63,268 nucleotides of DNA from Chiloscyllium plagiosum (Eukaryota). The translations under genes and the position numbers were made by a program. The stretch lies in contig NC_057720.1 in NCBI RefSeq assembly GCF_004010195.1, forward strand, positions 8,210,615-8,273,882. Direction: 5' to 3'. Every line of letters begins with the position of its first letter. Positions within the stretch are counted from its first letter, which is position 1. The notes under the pieces were generated by a model that saw nothing but the letters and a program-made list of their open reading frames with translations, was not told the DNA's origin and did no database searches. Positions 24,611-38,405 of this stretch are shown in pieces.

Positions 24611-25965
24611 GGGATAACCCTCTACTACATTTTGCTACATTATAGACCCTACTGTATCAATGCAAGTTTATGTTATTCTGCACAGATGAATGTTATATCC
24701 AACTGCTCTGTCATCCAGCATGATTTTGCAAAGTGTCTTCCTTGTTCATTAATATTGCAGTTTTCATTGACTTTTTATTCATATTTGGTGTTCTGAAGGC
24801 TGTGTTGGACAACGCAATGGAAGACTCTATCGCGCAGGATAGATACCAGCAGCTCCAATATAAAGTATAATCCAGTACATAAAGATCACACACATATTTC
24901 AACATCTGGTTAGCCTCCAACAGAAAGGCAGCATTAAAATAAATCCTAGAATATGGTAACTAGGGACAGTTATCCAACATTTAAGCAAAACCACAGGCTA
25001 TCAAATTATATATATTGCACTGAGCTTAAAAGATCAGAATTATTTAAATACTCAACTGTGAACATTCCTTCAAAACTTAACAGAGTGCATTTTTGACTTC
25101 ATCAACCTGTTAACTATAAATGAGGCATGTTCATTCTGCAAGTGTTGGCTTAAATAGCGTGGGTCGTGTAGGATTTCACATACTCTGCCAAGTCCTGTTA
25201 ATACACAGCACTGCATGATGTTCTTTTAATCTGGACACTAAGTGTTGGAAATATCACCTCACTGAGATTTATTATGCTGGGGAGTTGCCAAAGCCTGAGA
25301 ATACAGTTCAGAAGGCAGAATACAAGACCAAACAGTGTTCTGTGATCAGAATATCCCAAAATATTTTACAGTCCAAAGGTATGCAGGTTAGGTGGATTGG
25401 CCATGCTACATTACCCATGAGATGTGTAGGTTAGGTGCGTTAGCCATGGAAAATGCAGGGTTACAGGGATAGAGTAGGGGGTTGTGTCTGGGTGGAATGC
25501 TCTTCAGCGAGTCGGTATGGACCCGTTGGACCGACTGGCCTGTTTCTATACCATATAGATTCCATGGATTCTAATATACTTTGTGAAGTGGTAGGCCGTT
25601 TAAGACTGAGATGAAAATAAATTTCTTCACTCAGACAGTGATGAGCCTGTGGAATCCACTGCCACAGAAAAGTATTTGAGATCAAAACATTAAAGCTTTC
25701 AAGAAAGATGTTGGCAATATTCTAAGGACGAAAGGGATTTTAAGGGTATATGGAGAGAGCAGGATATGACACTGATTTGGATGATCAGCCATGATCATAT
25801 TGGATGGCAGAGCAGGATGAAAGGGCCGAATGGCCTACTCCTGCTCCGATGTTAAATATTTCAATGTTTCTATAAACGTAGTCACTGTTGTAATGTAGAA
25901 AATGCAGCAGATCATTTTCACACAGCAAATTCTTTCTGCAGCAATGTGATAGCATTACCTCAGGG

Positions 25966-26278
25966 AGGTGATGCCACAGTAGCATTATCATTGGACTATT
26001 CATCCAGGAACCCAGGTAATGTTCTGGGGACCCGGGCTTCAATCCCACCATGGCAGGTGGTAGAATTTGAATTCAATAAAAATCTGGAATTAAGCGTTGA
26101 AATGATGACCATGATTGTTGGGAGGAAAACCCACTGGGCTCATTAATGCCCTTCAGGGAAGCAAACTGCCATTCTTACCCAATCTGGCCTACATTTGACT
26201 CCAGAACCATTCAATTAGGGATAGGCAATAAATGCTGGCCTGGCCATCAATGCCTTGATCCTGTCAATGAATAAATAA
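25966..26278 (+). mobile_element. tRNA-head SINE family E, near full length
   Basis: tRNA-like head with a B-box-like gggcttcaatccc. The 3' tail gcaataaatgctggcc is shared with LINE family Z. It sits inside a DeuSINE-like relic. Confidence 0.8.
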
Positions 26279-26774
26279 TTTTTAAAAGGTTTTCTTGAAG
26301 TATTGTTAATTGAGGAATAGACACTGGTCAAGACGAGAAGGAGAACCCCTTGCTCAGTTTCAAACTAACGTTCTTGAGATCTTTTATATACATTTGAGAT
26401 CTCATTCAAAACGTTTCATTTACTGTCAAAACAACCAACAGTGCAGATTGCAGTTTACAATTGATTAAATGTTCTGTGTTTGATTGTGCTGGTCTGGTAA
26501 CTAATCTATGCCACTGTGATTGATTGCTTAAGTCCGGGTGTTGAACCTGAGAAAAACCAGAATGGGGATAAGCAGGATGTCATAAGAGATTTTGCAAGTA
26601 CAGAGATATTTTAAAATTCTTGTGAAAGGATCCATTGTATCCTTAAAAGGTAGTATGGTCTCTACGTTGCTCTGAGATTAAACAAATATGTAAAATATAA
26701 CGCAAAAGAGGAAATACAATACACAGCTGTCCCTTGGAACTGCTTTAAGTCTGTCAAGTGAATTATTAGATATA

Positions 26775-27087
26775 TTAGATTACCTACAGAGTGGAACACA
26801 GGCCATACGGCCCAACCAGTCCATACCGACCCTCCAAAGAGTAACGCAACAAGACCCATTTCCCTCTGATTAACATATCTAACACTCTGGGCAATTTAAC
26901 ATGGCCAATTCACCTGATCTGCACATCTTTGGACTGTGGGAAGAAACTGGAGCACCCGGAGAAAACCCACACAGACACGAGGAGAATATGCAAACGCCAC
27001 ACAGACAGTCTCCCGAGGCTGGAATCGAATCTGGGACCCTGATGCTGTGAGGCAGCAGTACTAATCAGTGTGCCATCATGCTACCAT
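26775..27087 (-). mobile_element. V-SINE (HE1-like)
   Basis: Full antisense copy with an attagatta tail. Confidence 0.9.
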
Positions 27088-27237
27088 ATTATTACTCTAG
27101 TGTTAGTCCTTCAGGCACAGGGGTACCTAGGCTAAGGGAATTTTAGATCTACCTGGCAGTGATTTTTTAGACTAGCTTGAGAGTGATGCAAAAATTCTCT
27201 CATATTGAAAGCTTTTTTGTCAGCCTCCTCAAATAGC

Positions 27238-27540
27238 TTCTGGATTAGTGGTGCTGGAAGAGCACAGCAATTCAGGCAGCATCCGAGGACAGGCAAGTCC
27301 GGACAGGTCAGGGGATCGAAGCTAGGATGAGGTGGGGGAAGGGGGAATGAGGAAACTGTTGGAATCCACATTGATGCCCTGGGGTTGAAGTGTTCCGCGG
27401 CGGAAGATGAGGCGTTCTTCCTCCAGGCGTCTGGTGGTGAGGGAGCGTCGGTGGAGTAGGCCCAGCACCTCCATATCCTCGGCAGAGTGGGAGGGGGAGT
27501 TGAAATGTTGAGCCACTGGGCGATTTGGTTGATGAACTCT
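27238..27540 (-). mobile_element. PLE family A, GIY-YIG C-terminal fragment
   Basis: PVAQHFNSPSHSAEDMEVLGL...RRLEEERLIFRRGTLQPQGINVD. Confidence 0.88.
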
Positions 27541-27859
27541 TGCTTGGGTAATGCTCCAAAGACACAACAATTTGTTAACTATTGTATTTTATTACTATCA
27601 TTACTTAGCTACTACCTTATTCCATCTCATCCAAGCATCTGTCCTTTAAGTACAAGATTAGGTAGTGTTATTCAAAAAGGGTAGACATACTGATTGAGCC
27701 AAATAAAAAGTCAGACAGCTTTTACAGCACACAAAGAGGCCCTTCAACCTATCATAATCAGATCAGCCATCAAGCATCTATTTATTCCAATCACATTTTC
27801 CAAAACTTGGCGCATAGCCTTATCTGCTATGGCATTTCAAGTGTTCACCTAAATTCTTA

Positions 27860-28650
27860 GAGTCTTGAGTCATACAGCACAGAAACGGACCCTTCAGTCC
27901 AACCAGTCTGTGCTGAACACAATCCCAAACCAAGCTAGTCCCAGCTGCCTGCTGCTGGCCCAATATCCCTCCAAACCTTTCCTAGTATTGTACTTATCCA
28001 AATGTCTGTTAAATGTTGTAATTGTACTCACATCCACCACTTCCTCAGGAAGTTCATCCCACACACAAACTACCCTCTGTGTAAAACATTTGCCACTCAT
28101 GTCTTTTTAAAATCTTGCTCCTGTCACCTTAAAAATGGGCCCCTTATTTTTAAAATCCCCCATCCTTGGGAAAAAAAACTACCATCAACTCTATCCATAT
28201 CTCTCATTATTTGATCAACTTCTATAACGTCGCCTCTCAACCTCCTATGCTCCAGTGAAAAAAGACCCAGCTTATTCAGCCTTTCTTTATAACTCCAACT
28301 TTCCATATCCAGCAATATCCTGGTAAATCTCTTCTGAACCCTCTCCAGCTTAATAATATCTTTCCTATAACCAGAACTGGGCACAGTACTCCTGAGGAGG
28401 CCTCACCAATGTCCTGTAAAATCTAAACAAGATGTCCCAACTCCTATTTTCAAAAGACTGAGCAATGAAGTCAAGGGTGCCAAACGCCTTCTTAACCACC
28501 CTGTCTATATGTGATGAAAACTTCAAAGAATTATGTACCTGAACCCCTAGGTCCCTTTATTCTGCAACACTACCCAACAGCCCACCATAAATTGTATCAG
28601 CCCTATCCTTGTTTGTTGTACCAAAAAAAAACTTGCATTTATTCAGACTT
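27860..28650 (-). mobile_element. CR1 3' fragment
   Basis: KDIIKLERVQKRFTRIL...LGLFSLEHRRLRGD and FTQRVVCVWDELPEEVV. Confidence 0.9.
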
Positions 28651-29824
28651 TTTAAAAGTGTCTGTGTTGGCAAACACAGTCCAGTGACCAGGATTGGAGA
28701 CAAGTGGTCATGCAATAAAATCTCCAGGAATATATACAACCAAAGTTGGCAAACTGTAATGACAGGCAACATCATCAGATTCCTTGTAACACAGTTTTAA
28801 ATGACGCAAACAGTGTTTGTTCTGTTCCTATTCATGTATAACTACTGAATAATGGTTCCACATACCTGATGGGGTAAAATCCTTCAGGGAGATGACAATA
28901 CAAAAACAACACAACTTATTTGTTTTCATTAGAAGCCAGGAACAAAGCGCTGGTTTTGATTTGTGACACAAGTGTTGTCATTCAATTGAACTGTGCCTTG
29001 GGGACAAATAGAACAAATTTCCATCCTTTGGCTTTATTCCACTTATGTATATCTTGATTTGATATTGACTTATTTTTCTCCCATAAAAAAAATCAAACAA
29101 GGGCTTAATGGTTCACTTGGTGATGAAGTGTTGTGTTGTATTGTGAATGCAAAGCTACATTGTAGGAAATGGTCAAAAACAAAAATCAAACAGTGCTTTG
29201 GGGTGTGTTTGTTGAAATACAAATTCTCATATTTTATCTGAAGCACTTTTTCCCCTATAGGAGAAATGGTTTGGAATCAAAAAGCATAAGGAATATGACT
29301 TCAAGGAATGTCAGAAGAGTTCTCACTAGTACTGAAAACTGCCATATCTTGAATTTTAAGAGACTTTATGCGAATGAATATTAGGGTACAAATTTGACTT
29401 TAGTAATCTGAATGAGGCAAACAAAGGTTAAGGCAATACAGGTGGAAGCTAAAATTATTGGGTCTGACTTCTAATGGAAGAACAGTTATCAGAGCAGCTG
29501 GGAGGGAAAATAAAGAGAGTTAGGATCAGGGTGGGAACACGGAATTAGGATGACGTTGTACCTGGAGGATGGGTTGGATTGGTCAGTTTGTTTCTGTGTT
29601 GCACTTTCTGTGTAATTGTAGCAGCTCTTTGACTTTTCATGCAACCTGCATGATATAGAGAACTTAAGGGTCCATTTCTGATGTTGCTCTTGTTTGAGGA
29701 TCATGCCATTGTACTATTAATAAGACACACTGTGCTTACAGCACAGGAGATGACCATCATCACATTGCCCTGTGAGACAATACACAGCCATGAGTTTTTA
29801 CTCTCTTCTCCTTGTTACAATCTG

Positions 29825-31418
29825 AAGGTCCCACCTGCTTCACGAAGAACACCGTCAATCAGGTGCCAAAGAAAAATCACACAGTGTGCTTCAATGACGA
29901 CTACCCAGTGACTCTGACCTCCATAATTATGGAATGCTTCAAAAGGTTAGCCATGGCTCGTACAACCTCCAGCCGACAGCTTCATCTACTGGCACAACAG
30001 ATCCACAGCAGACTCCTTCTCTCTGGCCCTACACTCATCCCTGGAACATCTGGATAACAAGGATAACTAGGTCAGATTTATTGACTACAGTTCAACACCA
30101 TAATTCCATCTCTAAACTCTGAGACCCATGTCTTGGCTCCCCCCTCTGTAACTGGACCCTGACCCATAGACCATGATCAGTAAGAATAGGTGACAACACC
30201 TTCTCCACAATAATCCTTAACACCAGTGCCCCTCAGGACTATGTACTCAGTCCCCGACTGTACTCCTTATACACTCACCACTGTGTGACCATTTATAGGT
30301 TTGCTGACAACACCACCATTGTAGGTTAGATCTCAAACAATGACGGGACAGAGTACAGGAACGAGATTGAGTTCTTAGTGGCATGGTGCAAACACAACAC
30401 TCTTTGTATAAACATCAGGAAAATGAAGGAACTGGTCATTGACTTCAGGAAGCAGAGTGGAGGGCATGTCCCTGTTTGAATCAATGGTGCTGAGTTGGAG
30501 ATGGTCAAGACCATCAAGCTCCTGGGTGTCAGAATCACCAACATTCTGTCTGATGAAGAGCTTTTGACCAAAACGTCGACTCTCCTGCTCCTTAGATGCT
30601 GCCTGACCTGCTGTGCTTTTCTAGCAGCACACTCTCGACTCTAATCTCCAGCATCTGCAGTTCTCACTTTCGCCTAGTTGATTTTAACAATCCGTCCTGG
30701 TCCATCTATGTTGATGCAATTGTCAAGAAAGCACAACAACCTCCTTACTCCCTCAGGGGGCTAAGGAAATTTGACATGTTCACAAGGACTTCTCCCAATT
30801 TTTGTGGGCGCATCACAGAAAGCATCCCCTCTGGATGCATCACAGCTCTGTACGGCAACTTCTCTTCTGCGAGAAACTAGAATCATGTAAATAGTCAAAT
30901 CCACCACACATACCAGTCATCATCCATTGACTCCATCTGTACTTCCCACTGCCTCAGGAAAGCAACCCCCCCACCCCAGTTATACTCTCTTCCAACTTTG
31001 TCCATTGGACAGAAGGTATAAACATTTGTACACATATACACATTGATTCAAGAACAACTTCTTCCCCGCTGTTATTGGACTTCTGAATGGTTCTCCCTAA
31101 TTTTAAACTTAATGTTGATCTGTGTGCTTTCTCTGCGGCTGTAACATTGTATTTCTTGCTCTGTTCTATTACCCTAATGCACTTTGTATGGTATGATCTG
31201 CCTATACTGGGAGAAAGTGAGGACTGCAGATGCTGGAGACCAGAGTTGAAAAATGTGGTGCTGGAAAAACACAGCAGACCAGGCAGCATCCGAGGAGCAG
31301 GAGAATCGATGTTTCGGGCATAAATCCTTCTTCAGGAATTATCTGCCTGTACTGCATGTAAAACACAACTTTTTACTGTACCTAGGTACATGTAACAATG
31401 ATAAATCAAATCAAAATC
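29825..31418 (+). mobile_element. Rex1/Babar-like LINE, RT and 3' tail, decayed
   Basis: VPKK...NDD/YPVTLTSIIMECFKRL, TSAPQDYVLSP.LYSLYTH and FADNTT, with an (aaatc)n tail. Interrupted by PLE family A modules at 30551-30685 and 31210-31340. Confidence 0.8.
31210..31340 (-). mobile_element. PLE family A solo module
   Basis: TSD atctgcctRtactg (31196-31209, 31341-31354). Confidence 0.88.
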
Positions 31419-32481
31419 TCAATCCACCTCATCACTAGGCAGTGAAGAATTTTCATCTCTACTTGGTCTAGCCTTTTATGACCTTCTAATCTCACACAAT
31501 GGGCCAGATCTTCCTATCTGACAAGGGATCCCATTGCATCAGATGAGAAGATGACATGATTCACATCAGACCAGAGATGTCATGAATCATGGAGAAATCA
31601 TGTTTGGAGTTGGGAATGATATGAAAGTAAACTTCAAATGGTATACCTAACTTCATAAATCATAAACTCATGTTGCAATCTGAGTTTGAATTGTGCAAGT
31701 GAAAATGACTTCTGATGCATGATCCACTTTACTCAATATGGCACAAAGATGATATTCAGAATTGATTCTGTGAAATGTTTTTCTTAAGGTTCAGCTCAGC
31801 TCTCTGTTTGGTTGTTTTACAGATTTCACAGCTGGCTGAGCTTCTCGCTGTCTTCAAAGGCTAAAATGCATTCAGCTCTTGAGGTTTATTGAAACAGTTG
31901 TTCAATTGAATTTACTTGAATGTTTGGCTGAGTTCCAAGTTCACTAATGCATTCAGCTCAGGAGATGTTGTTTAAAATAGTTATTCAATGGAATCTCAGA
32001 ATGAATGTTTGGCTGTATCCAAAATCCTTAAATGGGGTCTACTCAGCCAGTGCTTTTGACTTAGCTGTCAAGGGGAATGTGATCTTTGTTATCTCTAGGT
32101 CTTTCAAGAATGTATTTATGATCTGTTCACAACTTCCTACTGACAGAGTAGGGCTAATTGTTCTGTTTACAATTTGTACTGTGTAAGTGGGTTTATGGGC
32201 ATGAATGGGTTTTAAGGATATGGGTGGGATTGGGAGGGTTTTGGAGTGTTGATGGGGTGTATGTGAGGGTGAGTTGTGTGAGGCTGTTGAGGGTAGGAGT
32301 AGGAGATGAGGACTAGGATGAGGGAGTCAATGCTGGTTGAAGTTTTGAGGGCCCACATTCTTCTCCAGATTTGGACCGACATTCCAGCCATTAGAGGCAA
32401 CCCTTTCACCTTGGCATTGACTCACCCATGCTCCCTACACCTCAAGCCTGTTTCAGAGATGGAAGGTTATCTCCAACTAGT

Positions 32482-32968
32482 GGCTCAAAAGATTTGCAAG
32501 GATGTTGCTGGGGTTGGAAGGTTTGACTCTAGCCAGAGACTGAATAGGCTGAGGCTGTTTTCTCTGGAGTTTCGAAGGCTGAGAGGTGACCTTATAGAGT
32601 TTTATAAAATCATGAGGGGCATGGATAGGGTAAATAGACAAGGTCTCTTCCCTGGGGTGAGGGAGTCCAGAACTAAATGACATAGGTTTAAGGTGAGGGG
32701 GAAAGATTTAAAAGGGACTTAAGGGGCAACTTTTCATGCTGAGAGTGGAGTGTGAATGGAATGAACTGCCAGAGGAAGTGGTGGAGGCTGATACAATTAC
32801 AAAATTTAAAAGGCATCTGGATGGGTATTTGAATAAGCAGGATTTAGAGTGAAATGGGCCAAGTGCTGGCAAATGGGACTGGATTAGGTTAGAATATCTG
32901 GTTGGCATGGACGAGTTGGACTGAAGAGTCTGTTTCCATGCTGTACATCTCCATGACTCTATGACTCT
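32482..32968 (+). mobile_element. CR1 3' fragment
   Basis: RLNRLRLFSLEFRRLRGDLIEFYKIMRG, with a (tgactcta) tail. Confidence 0.9.
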
Positions 32969-33699
32969 AATGCCTGCCTTCGTTGGATAAAAATTGCATG
33001 TGTGAACTGTTCCAGTCGGATCAACTGATTGTGACCTCGGGAAATCCCTCTAAACTGCCAAGGTGGTCAACATTAATGTTTTCTGAGAAACTGCAGAAGA
33101 AAACTCAAAAGCACCATCTTGGAGTAAGCGGGAATGATCAGTAAGTGAAACCTGGTCAGAGTTTCCCCTACAGCTCAGGAAGAAATTATTATTGGTGTGT
33201 AAATGATATGCTGAATTGTGTAGGTAATACTGGTCTTCCAGTCTTTCCTATGACAGGAACAGAGTCATTGGACTTTTGATTAAGCCAGTATTTAATATTG
33301 ACAAGCAGTTTCCTGTTCTGTTGGCTACTTTATCTGCTTCTTTAAATTTCTTTCTGCATGGTTAGTCACTGCAACACTTTTCCATATCATTCAATATTTC
33401 TTCACTATCTCTTTTCTCCAACCCAGCTTATCCTTCTTAAGTACCACATTTCACAGCAATTTAATATTTTTTAGCTTCATTTCGGAACATGGCTTCTCGC
33501 TTTGAGATTCCAACTGCATTTCAATGTCGACTTTGGGAAAACTGCACCCTCAACAAAATTTTACACGATGGTTCATCAAATATAGATCAGAAAGAAGAAC
33601 AAGCTACCTTCTACCCCCAGCACAGCTGCATTGAGGTTAATTGTAGACGCTTAGCCACTCGGATACAGCAGACATCTGATGATTATTGACCATGCATAA

Positions 33700-35545
33700 T
33701 ACTTGACCTTCTGTGAAGAAATAAGGCAGGACAAGTGACTGAGGTGTTAATGGGGGAGCATTTTGGGACAAGTGAGCATACTTCTATTAGTTTTAAGATA
33801 GTTTCAGAAAAGGATAGAACTGATCATAAAGTTCTACATTAGAATCCCTACAGTGTGGAAGCAAGCCATTTAGCCCATCAAGACTGCACCAACCTTCCAA
33901 AGAGCATCCCACCTGGACCGTTACCCTACCCCTGTAATCCCACAGCTGCCATGGCCAATCCATATAACCTGCACGTAACCTTTGGACTGTGGGAGGAAAT
34001 CCATACGGACAGTCATCTGAGGCTGGAATCAAATCCTGGCACTGTGAAGTAGCAGTGCCAACCACTGTGCCACCAGTTTTGATGGCATTAGACAGGAACT
34101 TTCAAAAGTTGATTGGGGGTGCCATTTGTAGATGAAGGGATGATTGGGAAGTGGGAGGCCTTTAAAAATAAGATAACCAGAGTTCAGAGACAGTATGTTC
34201 CTGTTAGTGTGAAGAGTAAGGCTAATAGTATAGGAAATGCTGGGTGGCTAGAGAAATTGAGGTTCTAGTCAAGAAAGAGAAGAAGGCATATACTGGGTAT
34301 AAACAGCTGGGATAGAGTGAATTCCTGGAGGAGTATAAGGACAGTAGGACTATATTTAATAGGGAAATCGAGAGGGCAAAAAGGGAAGACAAGATAGAGT
34401 TGGCAAATAGGGTTAAGGAGAATCCAAATCAATTTCTATGAGTACATTAAGGGCAAAAGAGTAACTGGAGAGAAAATAAGGCCTCTTAAAGATCTACATG
34501 GCCATCCATGTGTGAAACTACACATGATAGGTGAGACACTGAATAAAACTTTTGTGTCAATATGTACTGTGGAGAAGGCCATGGAAGTTTGGGAAATAAA
34601 TAGTGATGTCTTGAAAAGAGTTCACATTACAGAATAGGATGTACTGGAGGTCTTAAAACACATATAGGTAGATAAATCCCTGGGAGCTTTATGCCAGTGG
34701 TACGTAATTTGTTGGAGGGGATTCTGAGGGGTAGGATTCACATGCATTTGGAAAGGCAAGGACTGATTAGGGATGGTATTGAAAATGGGATATCATGTTG
34801 TGGCTGTGCAGAACATTGGTGAGGCCACTTTTAGAATACAGTCAGTTCTTCAGTAATGTGATGGTTGCATTCTTGTACCCACATTATAGAAAAATTGCGC
34901 ATTAGAAACTTTAAAGTGTTGGCAATGTAATCGCATTACAGTTTTAAACGTTTATGCTTCAGAAACAATCTCCTCAAATCATCAATCATGTTACAGAGAA
35001 TTCACATTGACAAAACACACGTTAGAACAGAACAATTCTAATCACCTTTATATAGGAAGAATGTTGTTCAACTTGATAGGGCATAGAAAAAATTTACTGG
35101 GTTGTTGCTGGGTCTCGCAGGTTCAAGTTATAGGGAAAGGTTGAATAGAAGCATCGGAGGCTGAGTGGTGACCTTATAGAGGTTTATAAAATCATGAGAG
35201 GCATGGATAGGATAAATAGTCAAGGTCTTTTGCCCAGGGTAGGGGAGTCCAAAACTAGAGGGCTTAGGTTTAAGGTGAGGGGGAAAAGATTTAAAACTGA
35301 CTTGAGCGGTAACCTTTTCATGCAGAGGATGGTGCATAGATGGAATGAGCTTACAGACAAAGTGTTGGAAGCTGGTAGAATTGTAGTATTTAAAAGGCAT
35401 CTGGATGTGTATATGAATTGGAAGGGTTTAGAGGGATATGGGCCAAATGTTGGCAAATGGGACTAGGTCAGATTGGGATGTGTAATTGGTGCAGACGAGG
35501 AGGAACGAAGGGTGTGTTTCCGTGTCGTACAACCCCGTGACTGTG
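33700..35545 (+). mobile_element. Internally deleted CR1 ORF2 with a nested V-SINE (33840-34075, minus)
   Basis: Endonuclease end (EHFGTSEH), tether region, and C-terminus GDLIEVYKIMRG...WNEL. Confidence 0.8.
34839..35033. mobile_element. Possible Tigger/pogo-like MITE inside CR1
   Basis: Non-CR1 insert beginning TA|cagtcagttct. The other end, cacgttagaacagaac, is only partly complementary to it. Confidence 0.4.
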
Positions 35546-36249
35546 TAAGTCTGTAACAAGATTGGACAGAATGTGGTTTCTCCAGGATTATGCTAGTGCC
35601 CGAACTTACACTGTGTTGAAAATTACCAGGGTCACATTCCCTTTCACAGCTCAGTCAAAAACACTTGCTGAGCCAGACTTCATTTGACAATTTTGAACAC
35701 AGCCAAACATTCATATTGAGATTCCTGGGATGAATCCACCTGGAGAGCCTGAAGTGTGCCTGGGAAAATACACTCCCGATGGGATGGGAGGGTGGTGGGG
35801 AAATGGTGGAATGATCATTGTAAAGTTGGCCCCATAAAGAAAACAGAAGGAACTGGTGAGAAACTGCTCCCCCCCTCACTGATTGGTTCTCTCCCATGCT
35901 TACTGCTGATAGGTTCACAAGTAAGTCTACCACCAACAAACAAAGGAGAGGATCAGCCTGTGATTGGAGGATCAGTGAGCAGGGTAAGTAAGTGTATGAT
36001 GGAAGTGAGGGAGTTGCTGGGGGAGTTGATGCTGTAGGCCAAGCTGAGGGGAGAGGGACTGGGAGCCAGCTGCAGCTTTGTTGAGTCTGGGAGGAGGGAA
36101 TCTTTCGAGTTGGCCATGCTTCCACTGTGACCCTGGAATGGGATATGAGGAGGAAAAAGAGACAGCAAATGGCAGAAGCAATCCACTGATATATCACTCC
36201 ACCATCATCTCTGAAGGTTGAAGGGGAACCAAGAAAAGGAGGAAACCAC

Positions 36250-36527
36250 ATGTGGTACGGTGGCTCAGTGGTTAGTACTGCTGTCTCACAGCATGAGAGA
36301 CCTGGATACAGTTCCAGCCTTGAGTGACGGCCCATGTGGAGTTTGCATGTTCTTCCTGTGTGTTCTGGTTTCCTCTAACAATCCACAGACGTGCAGGTTA
36401 GGTGGATTAGCTATGGGAGATGCAGTGGAGGGAGGGGTTGGGATTAGGTGGGGAGGCTGTTCAGAGGGTCAGTGTTGGTGTGTGAGCTGATGTGTGCATG
36501 GCCTCTTTCTGCACTGTAGGGATTCTA
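36250..36527 (+). mobile_element. V-SINE (HE1-like)
   Basis: Head ggtggctcagtggttagtactgctg, with V-domain and tail. Confidence 0.85.
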
Positions 36528-36614
36528 TAAGATGTTGGTTTGTTTAGTTGAAGGCTGTTTGCATGCATCATAAACAGAGATGTGGGGCAAATAGATCGAA
36601 TGACCTTTTTTTGT

Positions 36615-38405
36615 GAAGTGTGGCTCAATGGTAGTATTTTCACCCCTGAACCACAATGTTGTAGGTTCAAGTCTCACTCCAGAAATCGAGCACAGGAAAT
36701 AATTTACAAGTAGAGTCGCAGGTAAATAGGATGGTGAAGAAGGCGTTTGGTATGTTTTCCTATATTGGTCAGAGCATTGAGTATAGGAGTTGGGAGGCCA
36801 TGTTGAGACTGTACAGGACATTGGTTAGGCCACTTTTGAAATATTGTGTGCAATTCTGGTCTCTTTCCTATCGGAAGGATGGTGTGAAACTTTAAAGGGT
36901 TCAGAAAAGATTTACAAGGATGTTGCCAGTGTAGGAGGATTTGAGCTATCAGGACAGGTTGAATAGGCTAGGTCTTTTTATCTGAAGCATTGGAGGCTGA
37001 GGTGTGACTTTATAGAGGTTTATAAAATCATAAGGGTCACGGATAGGATAAATAGACAAAGTCTCTTCCCTGGCGTGGGGAAGTACAGAGCTAGAGGGCA
37101 TAGATTAGGGTGAGAGGGGAAAGATATAGGAGTGGGCGGCACGGTGGCACAGTGGTTAGCACTGCTGCCTCACAGCGCCGGAGACCCGGGTTCAATTCCC
37201 GCCTCAGGCGACTGACTGTGTGGAGTTTGCACGTTCTCCCTGTTTCTGCGTGGGTTTCCTCCGGGCGCTCCGGTTTCCTTCCACAGTCCAAAGATGTGCA
37301 GGTCAGGTGAATTGGTCATGCTAAATTGCCCGTAGTGCTAGGTAAAGGGTAAATGTAGGGGTATGGGTGGGTTGCGCTTCGGCGGGTCGGTGTGGACTTG
37401 TTGGGCTGAAGGGCCTGTTTCCACACTGTAATGTAATGTAATCTAATCTAATCTATAAAAGAGACCTAAGGGGCAACTTTTTCACGCAGAGGGTGGGACA
37501 TGTATGGAATGAGCTGCCAGAGCAAGTTGTGGAGATAGTACAATTGCAACATGGAAAAGGCATCTGGATAGGTACATGAATAAGAAGGGTTTGGAGGGAT
37601 ATGGGCCGGGTGCTGGAAGGTGGGATTAGATTGGATTCGGATATCTGGTCGGCATGGATGAGTTGGACCGAAGGGTCTGTGTCAGTGCTGTACATCTCTA
37701 TGACTCTATAACTCTAATCAAGGTTCGCACTCAATTACTGAGGTTGTACTGTACTGTCAGAGGTGCTGTCTTTTGGATGAGATTTTAAACTGAACTTCGA
37801 TCTGCCTGTTCTGTTAAAAGTTTCTTAGCACTACTTCAAAGATGAGTCAGGAGTTATCTTCAGTGACCTGACTATTATCTATCTTTTAATTCCTATTACA
37901 ATACGGAAAAATGACTTGAAAACAGAAATTGCTGATACAGGTCTGCAGGTCGGCTAGCTTCTGTGGAGAGAAATCAAAGTTAATGTTTCAAGTCGAGTTA
38001 CATTTTCTCGAAACAGTTCTGAAAAAGTGTCATTCGACCTGAAATGTTAATTCCGATTCCTCTTCACAAAGAAGAAAATGAGGACTGCAGATGCTGGAGA
38101 TTCAGAGTCAAAAAGTGTGGAGCTGGAAAAGCACAGCAGGACAAGCAGCATCAGAGGAGCAGGAGAATTGATGTATCGGGCATATGCCCAAAATGTCGAT
38201 TTTTCTGCTCCTTTGATGCTGTTTGGCCTGCTATGCTTTTCCAGCTCCACACTTTTTGAACTTCCCACCCCGCTTTCTCTCCACAGATGCTGCCAAACTT
38301 CCTGAGCTTTTCCAGCAATTTCTGTTTTTGTTCCTGATTTCCAGCATCCGCAGTTCTCTCAGTTTTTATTCAGGAAAAAAGACTGTCTGGTTATCCTCAT
38401 GTTGT
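36615..38405 (+). mobile_element. DeuSINE-like host split by CR1 (36700-37715) and a PLE family D palindrome (37905-38372)
   Basis: tRNA-like head tggctcaatggtag...ggttcaagtctcactccaga at 36618-36683. The Deu-like core tgtcagaggtgctgtcttttggatgaga resumes at about 37735. Confidence 0.65.
37134..37453 (+). mobile_element. Young full-length V-SINE (HE1-like) nested in CR1
   Basis: A-box tggcacagtgg and B-box ggttcaattccc, CpG-rich, with an (aatct)n tail. The CR1 sequence gggaaagatata / aaagagacc is continuous across it. Confidence 0.95.

Noticed and set aside
35655..36335. 226-aa minus-strand ORF
   Set aside because: It starts within a V-SINE, is low-complexity and has no recognisable domain.
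37134..37205. tRNA gene
   Set aside because: It has A and B boxes but continues into a SINE body and tail and is multi-copy, so it is a SINE head.
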